From assembly GCF_009914755.1 (NCBI RefSeq), contig NC_060933.1: a DNA stretch of 64,000 bases. The stretch is one strand, 5' to 3'. A model generated the notes under the pieces. It saw nothing but the letters and a program-made list of their open reading frames with translations. It was not told where the DNA came from and made no database searches. Numbering within the stretch: position 1 is the stretch's first letter; every line of letters starts with the position of its first letter. This document shows, piece by piece, positions 1-14,024 of the stretch. Source of the stretch: the human T2T-CHM13v2.0 reference genome, Homo sapiens. Both the position numbers and the translations under genes were made by a program.

Positions 1-31
1 CTGAAAGTGGATATTTGGATAGCTTTGCGGA

Positions 32-48
32 TTTCGTTGGAAACGGGA
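32..48 (+). promoter_or_regulatory. Canonical CENP-B box (first example; recurs about every 340 bp through the array)
   Basis: TTTCGTTGGAAACGGGA matches YTTCGTTGGAARCGGGA. The next copy is at 370-386. Confidence 0.97.
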
Positions 49-711
49 TTACATATAAAATCTAGGGAGAAGCATTCTCAGGAACTTCTTTGTGATGTTT
101 GCATTCAAGTCACAGAACTGAACATTCCCTTTCATAGAGCAGGTTTGAAACACTCTTTCTGTAGTATCTGCAAGCGGACGTTTTAAGCGCTTTCAGGCCT
201 GTGGTGAGAAAGGAAATATCTTCAAATAAAAACTAGACAGAAGCATTCTCAGAAACTTATTTGCGATGTGTGTCCTCAACTAACAGAGTTGAACCTTTCT
301 TTTGATACAACATTTTGGAAACACTCTTTTTGTAGAATCTGCAAGTGGATATTTGGATAGCTTTGAAGGTTTCGTTGGAAACGGGAATATCTTCATATGA
401 AATCAAGACAGAAGCATTCTCAGAAACTTCTCTGTGATGTTTGCATTCAACTCATAGAGTTGAACACTTCCCTTCATACAGCAGGTTTGAAACACTCTTT
501 TTCTAATATTTGGAAGTGGACATTTGCAGCGCTTTGAGGCCTATGTTGAAAAAGGAAATATCTTCTCCTAAAAACCAGACAGAAGCATTCTCAGAAACTT
601 CCTTGTGATGTGTGTACTCAAGTAACAGAGTTGAACCTTCCTTTTGACAGAGCAGTTTTGAAGCACTCTTTTTGTAGAATCTGCAAGTGGATATTTTGAT
701 ACCTTTGAGGA

Positions 712-728
712 TTTCGTTGGACACGGGA
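712..728 (+). promoter_or_regulatory. Variant CENP-B box with core intact (once per HOR)
   Basis: TTTCGTTGGACACGGGA retains the 9 essential bases nTTCGnnnnAnnCGGGn. Confidence 0.85.
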
Positions 729-881
729 TATCTTCATATAAAATCTAGACAGAAGCATTCTCAGAAACTTCTTTGTGCTGTATGTCCTCAATTAACAGAG
801 TTGAACCTTTGTGTGGATACAGCATTTTGGAAACATTCCTTTAGTAGAATCTGCAAGTTGATATTTAGATAGCTAGGAAGA

Positions 882-898
882 TTTCCTTGGAAACGGGA
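882..898 (+). promoter_or_regulatory. Degenerate, predicted non-binding CENP-B box (once per HOR)
   Basis: TTTCCTTGGAAACGGGA: essential TTCG changed to TTCC. Confidence 0.85.
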
Positions 899-1390
899 AT
901 ATCTTCATATAAAATCTAGACGGAAGCATTCTCAGAAAGTGCTTTGTGAAGTTTGCATTCAAGTCACAGAGTTGAATATTCCCTTTTATAGAGCAGGTTT
1001 GAAACACTCTTTCTGCACTACCTGGAAGTGGACATTTGGAGCGCTTTGAGGCCTATGTTGAAAAAGGAAATATCTTCCCATAAAAACTAGACAGAAGCAT
1101 TCTCAGAAACTTGTTTGTGATGTGTGTATTCAACTAACAGAGATGAACCTTTCTTTTTACAGAGCAGTTTTGAAACACTCTTTTTGTGGAATCTGAAAGT
1201 GGATATTTGGATAGCTTTGAGGATTTCGTTGGAAACGGGATTACATATAAAACCTAGAGAGAAGCATTCTCAGGAACTTCTTTGTGATGTTTGCATTCAA
1301 GTCACAGAACTGAACATTCCCTTTCATAGAGCAGGTTTGAAACACTCTTTCTGTAGTATCTGCAAGCTGACGTTTCAAGCGCTTTCAGGC

Positions 1391-1407
1391 CTATGGTGAG
1401 AAAGGAA
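1391..1407 (+). promoter_or_regulatory. pJ-alpha-like box of an A-type monomer (example)
   Basis: CTATGGTGAGAAAGGAA lies at the position homologous to the CENP-B box in alternate monomers and resembles the pJ-alpha motif CTAYGGTGRAAAAGGAA. Confidence 0.7.
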
Positions 1408-4400
1408 ATATCTTCAAGTAAAAACTAGACAGAAGCATTCTCAGAAACTTATTTGCCATGTGTGTTCTCAACTAACAGAGTTGAACCTTTGTTTTGATAT
1501 GGCATTTTGGAAACACTCTTTTTGTAGAATCTGCAGGTGGATATTCGGATAGCTTTGAAGGTTTCGTTGGAAACGGGAATATCTTCATATAAAATCTAGA
1601 CGGAAGCATTCTGAGAAACTGCTTTGTGATGTTTTCATTCAAGTCACAGAGTAGAATGTTCCCTGTTATATACCAGGTTTGAGACACTCTTTCTGCACTA
1701 CCTGGAAGTGGACATTTGCAGCGCTTTGAGGCCTATGATGAAAAAGGAAATATCTTCCCATAAAAACTAGACAGAAGCATTCTCAGAAACTTGTTTGTGA
1801 TGTGTGTATTCAACTAACAGAGATGAACCTTTCTTTTTACAGAGCAGTTTTGAAACACTCTTTTTGTGGAATCTGAAAGTGGATATTTGGATAGCTTTGA
1901 GGATTTCGTTGGAAACGGGATTACATATAAAACCTAGAGAGAAGCATTCTCAGGAACTTCTTTGTGATGTTTGCATTCACGTCACAGAACTGAACATTCC
2001 CTTTCATAGAGCATGTTTGAAACACTCTTTCTGTAGTATCTGCAAACGGACATTTCAAACGCTTTCAGGCCTATGGTGAGAAAGGAAATATCTTCAAATA
2101 AAAACTAGACAGAAGCATTCTCAGAAACTTATTTGCGATGTGTGTCCTCAACTAACAGAGTTGAACCTTTCTTTTGATACAACATTTTGGAAACACTCTT
2201 TTTGTAGAATCTGCAAGTGGATATTTGGATAGCTTTGAAGGTTTCGTTGGAAACGGGAATATCTTCATATAAAATCAAGACAGAAGCATTCTCCGAAACT
2301 TCTCTGTGATGTTTGCATTCAACTCATAGAGTTGAACACTTCCCTTCATACAGCAGGTTTGAAACACTCTTTTTCTAATATTTGGAAGTGGACATTTGCA
2401 GCGCTTTGAGGCCTATGACGAAAAAGGTAATATCTTCCCATAAAAACTAGACAGAAGCATTCTCAGAAACTTGTTTGTGATGTGTGTATTCAACTAACAG
2501 AGATGAACCTTTCTTTTTACAGAGCAGTTTTGAAACACTCTTTTTGTGGAATCTGAAAGTGGATATTTGGATAGCTTTGCGGATTTCGTTGGAAACGGGA
2601 TTACATATAAAATCTAGGGAGAAGCATTCTCAGGAACTTCTTTGTGATGTTTGCATTCAAGTCACAGAACTGAACATTCCCTTTCATAGAGCAGGTTTGA
2701 AACACTCTTTCTGTAGTATCTGCAAGCGGACGTTTTAAGCGCTTTCAGGCCTGTGGTGAGAAAGGAAATATCTTCAAATAAAAACTAGACAGAAGCATTC
2801 TCAGAAACTTATTTGCGATGTGTGTCCTCAACTAACAGAGTTGAACCTTTCTTTTGATACAACATTTTGGAAACACTCTTTTTGTAGAATCTGCAAGTGG
2901 ATATTTGGATAGCTTTGAAGGTTTCGTTGGAAACGGGAATATCTTCATATGAAATCAAGACAGAAGCATTCTCAGAAACTTCTCTGTGATGTTTGCATTC
3001 AACTCATAGAGTTGAACACTTCCCTTCATACAGCAGGTTTGAAACACTCTTTTTCTAATATTTGGAAGTGGACATTTGCAGCGCTTTGAGGCCTATGTTG
3101 AAAAAGGAAATATCTTCTCCTAAAAACCAGACAGAAGCATTCTCAGAAACTTCCTTGTGATGTGTGTACTCAAGTAACAGAGTTGAACCTTCCTTTTGAC
3201 AGAGCAGTTTTGAAGCACTCTTTTTGTAGAATCTGCAAGTGGATATTTTGATACCTTTGAGGATTTCGTTGGACACGGGATATCTTCATATAAAATCTAG
3301 ACAGAAGCATTCTCAGAAACTTCTTTGTGCTGTATGTCCTCAATTAACAGAGTTGAACCTTTGTGTGGATACAGCATTTTGGAAACATTCCTTTAGTAGA
3401 ATCTGCAAGTTGATATTTAGATAGCTAGGAAGATTTCCTTGGAAACGGGAATATCTTCATATAAAATCTAGACGGAAGCATTCTCAGAAAGTGCTTTGTG
3501 ATGTTTGCATTCAAGTCACAGAGTTGAATATTCCCTTTTATAGAGCAGGTTTGAAACACTCTTTCTGCACTACCTGGAAGTGGACATTTGGAGCGCTTTG
3601 AGGCCTATGTTGAAAAAGGAAATATCTTCCCATAAAAACTAGACAGAAGCATTCTCAGAAACTTGTTTGTGATGTGTGTATTCAACTAACAGAGATGAAC
3701 CTTTCTTTTTACAGAGCAGTTTTGAAACACTCTTTTTGTGGAATCTGAAAGTGGATATTTGGATAGCTTTGAGGATTTCGTTGGAAACGGGATTACATAT
3801 AAAACCTAGAGAGAAGCATTCTCAGGAACTTCTTTGTGATGTTTGCATTCAAGTCACAGAACTGAACATTCCCTTTCATAGAGCAGGTTTGAAACACTCT
3901 TTCTGTAGTATCTGCAAGCTGACGTTTCAAGCGCTTTCAGGCCTATCGTGAGAAAGGAAATATCTTCAAGTAAAAACTAGACAGAAGCATTCTCAGAAAC
4001 TTATTTGCCATGTGTGTTCTCAACTAACAGAGTTGAACCTTTGTTTTGATACGGCATTTTGGAAACACTCTTTTTGTAGAATCTGCAGGTGGATATTCGG
4101 ATAGCTTTGAAGGTTTCGTTGGAAACGGGAATATCTTCATATAAAATCTAGACGGAAGCATTCTCAGAAACTGCTTTGTGATGTTTTCATTCAAGTCACA
4201 GAGTAGAATGTTCCCTGTTATATACCAGGTTTGAGACACTCTTTCTGCACTACCTGGAAGTGGACGTTTGGAGCGCTTTGAGGCCTATGTTGAAAAAGGA
4301 AATATCTTCCCATAAAAACTAGACAGAAGCATTCTCAGAAACTTGTTTGTGATGTGTGTATTCAACTAACAGAGATGAACCTTTCTTTTTACAGAGCAGT

Positions 4401-7400
4401 TTTGAAACACTCTTTTTGTGGAATCTGAAAGTGGATATTTGGATAGCTTTGAGGATTTCGTTGGAAACGGGATTACATATAAAACCTAGAGAGAAGCATT
4501 CTCAGGAACTGCTTTGTGATGTTTGCATTCAAGTCACAGAACTGAACATTCCCTTTCATAGAGCAGGTTTGAAACACTCTTTCTGTAGTATCTGCAAGCT
4601 GACGTTTCAAGCGCTTTCAGGCCTATGGTGAGAAAGGAAATATCTTCAAGTAAAAACTAGACAGAAGCATTCTCAGAAACTTATTTGCGATGTGTGTTCT
4701 CAACTAACAGAGTTGAACCTTTGTTTTGATATGGCATTGTGGAAACACTCTTTTTGTAGAATCTGCAGGTGGATATTCGGATAGCTTTGAAGGTTTCGTT
4801 GGAAACGGGAATATCTTCATATAAAATGTAGACGGAAGCATTCTCAGAAACTGCTTTGTGATGTTTTCATTCAAGTCACAGAGTAGAATGTTCCCTGTTA
4901 TATACCAGGTTTGAGACACTCTTTCTGCACTACCTGGAAGTGGACATTTGCAGCGCTTTGAGGCCTATGATGAAAAAGGAAATATCTTCCCATAAAAACT
5001 AGACAGAAGCATTCTCAGAAACTTGTTTGTGATGTGTGTATTCAACTAACAGAGATGAACCTTTCTTTTTACAGAGCAGTTTTGAAACACTCTTTTTGTG
5101 GAATCTGAAAGTGGATATTTGGATAGCTTTGAGGATTTCGTTGGAAACGGGATTACATATAAAATCTAGAGAGAAGCATTCTCAGGAACTTCTTTGTGAT
5201 GTTTGCATTCACGTCACAGAACTGAACATTCCCTTTCATAGAGCATGTTTGAAACACTCTTTCTGTAGTATCTGCAAACGGACATTTCAAACGCTTTCAG
5301 GCCAATGGTGAGAAAGGAAATATCTTCAAATAAAAACTAGACAGAAGCATTCTCAGAAACTTATTTGCGATGTGTGTCCTCAACTAACAGAGTTGAACCT
5401 TTCTTTTGATACAACATTTTGGAAACACTCTTTTTGTAGAATCTGCAAGTGGATATTTGAATAGCTTTGAAGGTTTCGTTGGAAACGGGAATATCTTCAT
5501 ATAAAATCAAGACAGAAGCATTCTCAGAACTTCTCTGTGATGTTTGCATTCAACTCATAGAGTTGAACACTTCCCTTCATACAGCAGGTTTGAAACACTC
5601 TTTTTCTAATATTTGGAAGTGGACATTTGCAGCGCTTTGAGGCCTATGTTGAAAAAGGAAATATCTTCTCCTAAAAACCAGACAGAAGCATTCTCAGAAA
5701 CTTCCTTGTGATGTGTGTACTCAAGTAACAGAGTTGAACCTTCCTTTTGACAGAGCAGTTTTGAAGCACTCTTTTTGTAGAATCTGCAAGTGGATATTTT
5801 GATACCTTTGAGGATTTCGTTGGACACGGGATATCTTCATATAAAATCTAGACAGAAGCATTCTCAGAAACTTCTTTGTGCTGTATGTCCTCAATTAACA
5901 GAGTTGAACCTTTGTGTGGATACAGCATTTTGGAAACATTCCTTTAGTAGAATCTGCAAGTTGATATTTAGATAGCTAGGAAGATTTCCTTGGAAACGGG
6001 AATATCTTCATATAAAATCTAGACGGAAGCATTCTCAGAAAGTGCTTTGTGATGTTTGCATTCAAGTCACAGAGTTGAATATTCCCTTTTATAGAGCAGG
6101 TTTGAAACACTCTTTCTGCACTACCTGGAAGTGGACATTTGGAGCGCTTTGAGGCCTATGTTGAAAAAGGAAATATCTTCCCATAAAAACTAGACAGAAG
6201 CATTCTCAGAAACTTGTTTGTGATGTGTGTATTCAACTAACAGAGATGAACCTTTCTTTTTACAGAGCAGTTTTGAAACACTCTTTTTGTGGAATCTGAA
6301 AGTGGATATTTGGATAGCTTTGAGGATTTCGTTGGAAACGGGATTACATATAAAACCTAGAGAGAAGCATTCTCAGGAACTCCTTTGTGATGTTTGCATT
6401 CAAGTCACAGAACTGAACATTCCCTTTCATAGAGCAGGTTTGAAACACTCTTTCTGTAGTATCTGCAAGCTGACGTTTCAAGCGCTTTCAGGCCTATGGT
6501 GAGAAAGGAAATATCTTCAAGTAAAAACTAGACAAAAGCATTCTCAGAAACTTATTTGCCATGTGTGTTCTCAACTAACAGAGTTGAACCTTTCTGTGGA
6601 TACGGCATTTTGGAAACACTCTTTTTGTAGAATCTGCAGGTGGATATTCGGATAGCTTTGAAGGTTTCGTTGGAAACGGGAATATCTTCATATAAAATCT
6701 AGACGGAAGCATTCTCAGAAACTGCTTTGTGATGTTTTCATTCAAGTCACAGAGTAGAATGTTCCCTGTTATATACCAGGTTTGAGACACTCTTTCTGCA
6801 CTACCTGGAAGTGGACGTTTGGAGCGCTTTGAGGCCTATGTTGAAAAAGGAAATATCTTCCCATAAAAACTAGACAGAAGCATTCTCAGAAACTTGTTTG
6901 TGATGTGTGTATTCAACTAACAGAGATGAACCTTTCTTTCTACAGAGCAGTTTTGAAACACTCTTTTTGTGGAATCTGAAAGTGGATATTTGGATAGCTT
7001 TGAGGATTTCGTTGGAAACGGGATTACATATAAAATCTAGAGAGAAGCATTCTCAGGAACTTCTTTGTGATGTTTGCATTCACGTCACAGAACTGAACAT
7101 TCCCTTTCATAGAGCATGTTTGAAACACTCTTTCTGTAGTATCTGCAAACGGACATTTCAAACGCTTTCAGGCCTATGGTGAGAAAGGAAATATCTTCAA
7201 GTAAAAACTAGACAGAAGCATTCTCAGAAACTTATTTGCGATGTGTGTCCTCAACTAACAGAGTTGAACCTTTCTTTTGATACAACATTTTGGAAACACT
7301 CTTTTTGTAGAATCTGCAAGTGGATATTTGGATAGCTTTGAAGGTTTCGTTGGAAACGGGAATATCTTCATATAAAATCAAGACAGAAGCATTCTCAGAA

Positions 7401-8240
7401 ACTTCTCTGTGATGTTTGCATTCAACTCATAGAGTTGAACACTTCCCTTCATACAGCAGGTTTGAAACACTCTTTTTGTAATATTTGGAAGTGGACATTT
7501 GCAGCGCTTTGAGGCCTATGATGAAAAAGGTAATATCTTCCCATAAAAACTAGACAGAAGCATTCTCAGAAACTTGTTTGTGATGTGTGTATTCAACTAA
7601 CAGAGATGAACCTTTCTTTTTACAGAGCAGTTTTGAAACACTCTTTTTGTGGAATCTGAAAGTGGATATTTGGATAGCTTTGCGGATTTCGTTGGAAACG
7701 GGATTACATATAAAATCTAGGGAGAAGCATTCTCAGGAACTTCTTTGTGATGTTTGCATTCAAGTCACAGAACTGAACATTCCCTTTCATAGAGCAGGTT
7801 TGAAACACTCTTTCTGTAGTATCTGGAAGCGGACGTTTTAAGCGCTTTCAGGCCTGTGGTGAGAAAGGAAATATCTTCAAATAAAAACTAGACAGAAGCA
7901 TTCTCAGAAACTTATTTGCGATGTGTGTCCTCAACTAACAGAGTTGAACCTTTCTTTTGATACAACATTTTGGAAACACTCTTTTTGTAGAATCTGCAAG
8001 TGGATATTTGGATAGCTTTGAAGGTTTCGTTGGAAACGGGAATATCTTCATATGAAATCAAGACAGAAGCATTCTCAGAAACTTCTCTGTGATGTTTGCA
8101 TTCAACTCATAGAGTTGAACACTTCCCTTCATACAGCAGGTTTGAAACACTCTTTTTCTAATATTTGGAAGTGGACATTTGCAGCGCTTTGAGGCCTATG
8201 TTGAAAAAGGAAATATCTTCTCCTAAAAACCAGACAGAAG

Positions 8241-11200
8241 CATTCTCAGAAACTTCCTTGTGATGTGTGTACTCAAGTAACAGAGTTGAACCTTCCTTTT
8301 GACAGAGCAGTTTTGAAGCACTCTTTTTGTAGAATCTGCAAGTGGATATTTTGATACCTTTGAGGATTTCGTTGGACACGGGATATCTTCATATAAAATC
8401 TAGACAGAAGCATTCTCAGAAACTTCTTTGTGCTGTATGTCCTCAATTAACAGAGTTGAACCTTTGTGTGGATACAGCATTTTGGAAACATTCCTTTAGT
8501 AGAATCTGCAAGTTGATATTTAGATAGCTAGGAAGATTTCCTTGGAAACGGGAATATCTTCATATAAAATCTAGACGGAAGCATTCTCAGAAAGTGCTTT
8601 GTGATGTTTGCATTCAAGTCACAGAGTTGAATATTCCCTTTTATAGAGCAGGTTTGAAACACTCTTTCTGCACTACCTGGAAGTGGACATTTGGAGCGCT
8701 TTGAGGCCTATGTTGAAAAAGGAAATATCTTCCCATAAAAACTAGACAGAAGCATTCTCAGAAACTTGTTTGTGATGTGTGTATTCAACTAACAGAGATG
8801 AACCTTTCTTTTTACAGAGCAGTTTTGAAACACTCTTTTTGTGGAATCTGAAAGTGGATATTTGGATAGCTTTGAGGATTTCGTTGGAAACGGGATTACA
8901 TATAAAACCTAGAGAGAAGCATTCTCAGGAACTTCTTTGTGATGTTTGCATTCAAGTCACAGAACTGAACATTCCCTTTCATAGAGCAGGTTTGAAACAC
9001 TCTTTCTGTAGTATCTGCAAGCTGACGTTTCAAGCGCTTTCAGGCCTATGGTGAGAAAGGAAATATCTTGAAGTAAAAACTAGACAGAAGCATTCTCAGA
9101 AACTTATTTGCCATGTGTGTTCTCAACTAACAGAGTTGAACCTTTGTGTGGATACGGCATTTTGGAAACACTCTTTTTGTAGAATCTGCAGGTGGATATT
9201 CGGATAGCTTTGAAGGTTTCGTTGGAAACGGGAATATCTTCATATAAAATCTAGACGGAAGCATTCTCAGAAACTGCTTTGTGATGTTTTCATTCAAGTC
9301 ACAGAGTAGAATGTTCCCTGTTATATACCAGGTTTGAGACACTCTTTCTGCACTACCTGGAAGTGGACGTTTGGAGCGCTTTGAGGCCTATGTTGAAAAA
9401 GGAAATATCTTCCCATAAAAACTAGACAGAAGCATTCTCAGAAACTTGTTTGTGATGTGTGTATTCAACTAACAGAGATGAACCTTTCTTTTTACAGAGC
9501 AGTTTTGAAACACTCTTTTTGTGGAATCTGAAAGTGGATATTTGGATAGCTTTGAGGATTTCGTTGGAAACGGGATTACATATAAAACATAGAGAGAAGC
9601 ATTCTCAGGAACTGCTTTGTGATGTTTGCATTCAAGTCACAGAACTGAACATTCCCTTTCATAGAGCAGGTTTGAAACACTCTTTCTGTAGTATCTGCAA
9701 GCTGACGTTTCAAGCGCTTTCAGGCCTATGGTGAGAAAGGAAATATCTTCAAGTAAAAACTAGACAGAAGCATTCTCAGAAACTTATTTGCGATGTGTGT
9801 TCTCAACTAACAGAGTTGAACCTTTGTTTTGATATGGCATTTTGGAAACACTCTTTTTGTAGAATCTGCAGGTGGATATTCGGATAGCTTTGAAGGTTTC
9901 GTTGGAAACGGGAATATCTTCATATAAAATCTAGACGGAAGCATTCTCAGAAACTGCTTTGTGATGTTTTCATTCAAGTCACAGAGTAGAATGTTCCCTG
10001 TTATATACCAGGTTTGAGACACTCTTTCTGCACTACCTGGAAGTGGACATTTGCAGCGCTTTGAGGCCTATGATGAAAAAGGAAATATCTTCCCATAAAA
10101 ACTAGACAGAAGCATTCTCAGAAACTTGTTTGTGATGTGTGTATTTAACTAACAGAGATGAACCTTTCTTTCTACAGAGCAGTTTTGAAACACTCTTTTT
10201 GTGGAATCTGAAAGTGGATATTTGGATAGCTTTGAGGATTTCGTTGGAAACGGGATTACATATAAAATCTAGAGAGAAGCATTCTCAGGAACTTCTTTGT
10301 GATGTTTGCATTCACGTCACAGAACTGAACATTCCCTTTCATAGAGCATGTTTGAAACACTCTTTCTGTAGTATCTGCAAACGGACATTTCAAACGCTTT
10401 CAGGCCTATGGTGAGAAAGGAAATATCTTCAAATAAAAACTAGACAGAAGCATTCTCAGAAACTTATTTGCGATGTGTGTCCTCAACTAACAGAGTTGAA
10501 CCTTTCTTTTGATATAACATTTTGGAAACACTCTTTTTGTAGAATCTGCAAGTGGATATTTGAATAGCTTTGAAGGTTTCGTTGGAAACGGGAATATCTT
10601 CTTATAAAATCAAGACAGAAGCATTCTCAGAAACTTCTCTGTGATGTTTGCATTCAACTCATAGAGTTGAACACTTCCCTTCATACAGCAGGTTTGAAAC
10701 ACTCTTTTTGTAATATTTGGAAGTGGACATTTGCAGCGCTTTGAGGCCTATGATGAAAAAGGTAATATCTTCCCATAAAAACTAGACAGAAGCATTCTCA
10801 GAAACTTGTTTGAGATGTGTGTATTCAACTAACAGAGATGAACCTTTCTTTTTACAGAGCAGTTTTGAAACACTCTTTTTGTGGAATCTGAAAGTGGATA
10901 TTTGGATAGCTTTGCGGATTTCGTTGGAAACGGGATTACATATAAAATCTAGGGAGAAGCATTCTCAGGAACTTCTTTGTGATGTTTGCATTCAAGTCAC
11001 AGAACTGAACATTCCCTTTCATAGATCAGGTTTGAAACACTCTTTCTGTAGTATCTGCAAGCGGACGTTTTAAGCGCTTTCAGGCCTGTGGTGAGAAAGG
11101 AAATATCTTCAAATAAAAACTAGACAGAAGCATTCTCAGAAACTTATTTGCGATGTGTGTCCTCAACTAAAAGAGTTGAACCTTTCTTTTGATACAACAT

Positions 11201-11472
11201 TTTGGAAACACTCTTTTTGTAGAATCTGCAAGTGGATATTTGGATAGCTTTGAAGGTTTCGTTGGAAACGGGAATATCTTCATATGAAATCAAGACAGAA
11301 GCATTCTCAGAAACTTCTCTGTGATGTTTGCATTCAACTCATAGAGTTGAACACTTCCCTTCATACAGCAGGTTTGAAACACTCTTTTTCTAATATTTGG
11401 AAGTGGACATTTGCAGCGCTTTGAGGCCTATGTTGAAAAAGGAAATATCTTCTCCTAAAAACCAGACAGAAG
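8241..11472 (+). repeat. Full-length 19-mer HOR (3232 bp)
   Basis: Marker spacing 8342->11574 = 3232 = 512 + 4x680. Tetramer ORF markers at 8779, 9459, 10139 and ~10819. Confidence 0.95.
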
Positions 11473-14024
11473 CATTCTCAGAAACTTCCTTGTGATGTGT
11501 GTACTCAAGTAACAGAGTTGAACCTTCCTTTTGACAGAGCAGTTTTGAAGCACTCTTTTTGTAGAATCTGCAAGTGGATATTTTGATACCTTTGAGGATT
11601 TCGTTGGACACGGGATATCTTCATATAAAATCTAGACAGAAGCATTCTCAGAAACTTCTTTGTGCTGTATGTCCGCAATTAACAGAGTTGAACCTTTGTG
11701 TGGATACAGCATTTTGGAAACATTCCTTTAGTAGAATCTGCAAGTTGATATTTAGATAGCTAGGAAGATTTCCTTGGAAACGGGAATATCTTCATATAAA
11801 ATCTAGACGGAAGCATTCTCAGAAAGTGCTTTGTGATGTTTGCATTCAAGTCACAGAGTTGAATATTCCCTTTTATAGAGCAGGTTTGAAACACTCTTTC
11901 TGCACTACCTGGAAGTGGACATTTGGAGCGCTTTGAGGCCTATGTTGAAAAAGGAAATATCTTCCCATAAAAACTAGACAGAAGCATTCTCAGAAACTTG
12001 TTTGTGATGTGTGTATTCAACTAACAGAGATGAACCTTTCTTTTTACAGAGCAGTTTTGAAACACTCTTTTTGTGGAATCTGAAAGTGGATATTTGGATA
12101 GCTTTGAGGATTTCGTTGGAAACGGGATTACATATAAAACCTAGAGAGAAGCATTCTCAGGAACTTCTTTGTGATGTTTGCATTCAAGTCACAGAACTGA
12201 ACATTCCCTTTCATAGAGCAGGTTTGAAACACTCTTTCTGTAGTATCTGCAAGCTGACGTTTCAAGCGCTTTCAGGCCTATGGTGAGAAAGGAAATATCT
12301 TCAAGTAAAAACTAGACAGAAGCATTCTCAGAAACTTATTTGCCATGTGTGTTCTCAACTAACAGAGTTGAACCTTTGTTTTGATACGGCATTTTGGAAA
12401 CACTCTTTTTGTAGAATCTGCAGGTGGATACTCGGATAGATTTGAAGGTTTCGTTGGAAACGGGAATATCTTCATATAAAATCTAGACGGAAGCATTCTC
12501 AGAAACTGCTTTGTGATGTTTTCATTCAAGTCACAGAGTAGAATGTTCCCTGTTATATACCAGGTTTGAGACACTCTTTCTGCACTACCTGGAAGTGGAC
12601 ATTTGCAGCGCTTTGAGGCCTATGATGAAAAAGGAAATATCTTCCCATAAAAACTAGACAGAAGCATTCTCAGAAACTTGTTTGTGATGTGTGTATTCAA
12701 CTAACAGAGATGAACCTTTCTTTTTACAGAGCAGTTTTGAAACACTCTTTTTGTGGAATCTGAAAGTGGATATTTGGATAGCTTTGAGGATTTCGTTGGA
12801 AACGGGATTACATATAAAATCTAGAGAGAAGCATTCTCAGGAACTTCTTTGTGATGTTTGCATTCACGTCACAGAACTGAACATTCCCTTTCATAGAGCA
12901 TGTTTGAAACACTCTTTCTGTAGTATCTGCAAACGGACATTTCAAACGCTTTCAGGCCTATGGTGAGAAAGGAAATATCTTCAAATAAAAACTAGACAGA
13001 AGCATTCTCAGAAACTTATTTGCGATGTGTGTCCTCAACTAACAGAGTTGAACCTTTCTTTTGATACAACATTTTGGAAACACTCTTTTTGTAGAATCTG
13101 CAAGTGGATATTTGAATAGCTTTGAAGGTTTCGTTGGAAACGGGAATATCTTCATATAAAATCAAGACAGAAGCATTCTCAGAAACTTCTCTGTGATGTT
13201 TGCATTCAACTCATAGAGTTGAACACTTCCCTTCATACAGCAGGTTTGAAACACTCTTTTTGTAATATTTGGAAGTGGACATTTGCAGCGCTTTGAGGCC
13301 TATGATGAAAAAGGTAATATCTTCCCATAAAAACTAGACAGAAGCATTCTCAGAAACTTGTTTGAGATGTGTGTATTCAACTAACAGAGATGAACCTTTC
13401 TTTTTACAGAGCAGTTTTGAAACACTCTTTTTGTGGAATCTGAAAGTGGATATTTGGATAGCTTTGCGGATTTCGTTGGAAACGGGATTACATATAAAAT
13501 CTAGGGAGAAGCATTCTCAGGAACTTCTTTGTGATGTTTGCATTCAAGTCACAGAACTGAACATTCCCTTTCATAGATCAGGTTTGAAACACTCTTTCTG
13601 TAGTATCTGCAAGCGGACGTTTTAAGCGCTTTCAGGCCTGTGGTGAGAAAGGAAATATCTTCAAATAAAAACTAGACAGAAGCATTCTCAGAAACTTATT
13701 TGCGATGTGTGTCCTCAACTAACAGAGTTGAACCTTTCTTTTGATACAACATTTTGGAAACACTCTTTTTGTAGAATCTGCAAGTGGATATTTGGATAGC
13801 TTTGAAGGTTTCGTTGGAAACGGGAATATCTTCATATGAAATCAAGACAGAAGCATTCTCAGAAACTTCTCTGTGATGTTTGCATTCAACTCATAGAGTT
13901 GAACACTTCCCTTCATACAGCAGGTTTGAAACACTCTTTTTCTAATATTTGGAAGTGGACATTTGCAGCGCTTTGAGGCCTACGTTGAAAAAGGAAATAT
14001 CTTCTCCTAAAAACCAGAAAGAAG
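11473..14024 (+). repeat. 15-mer HOR variant
   Basis: Marker spacing 11574->14126 = 2552. Confidence 0.95.

Larger units (their letters stand above)
586..8240 (+). repeat. Three 15-mer HOR variants (586-3137, 3138-5688, 5689-8240)
   Basis: The once-per-HOR marker monomer (CATTCTCAGAAACTTCCTTG; MDILIPL ORF at 687, 3239, 5790, 8342) is spaced 2552, 2551 and 2552 bp. Confidence 0.95.
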
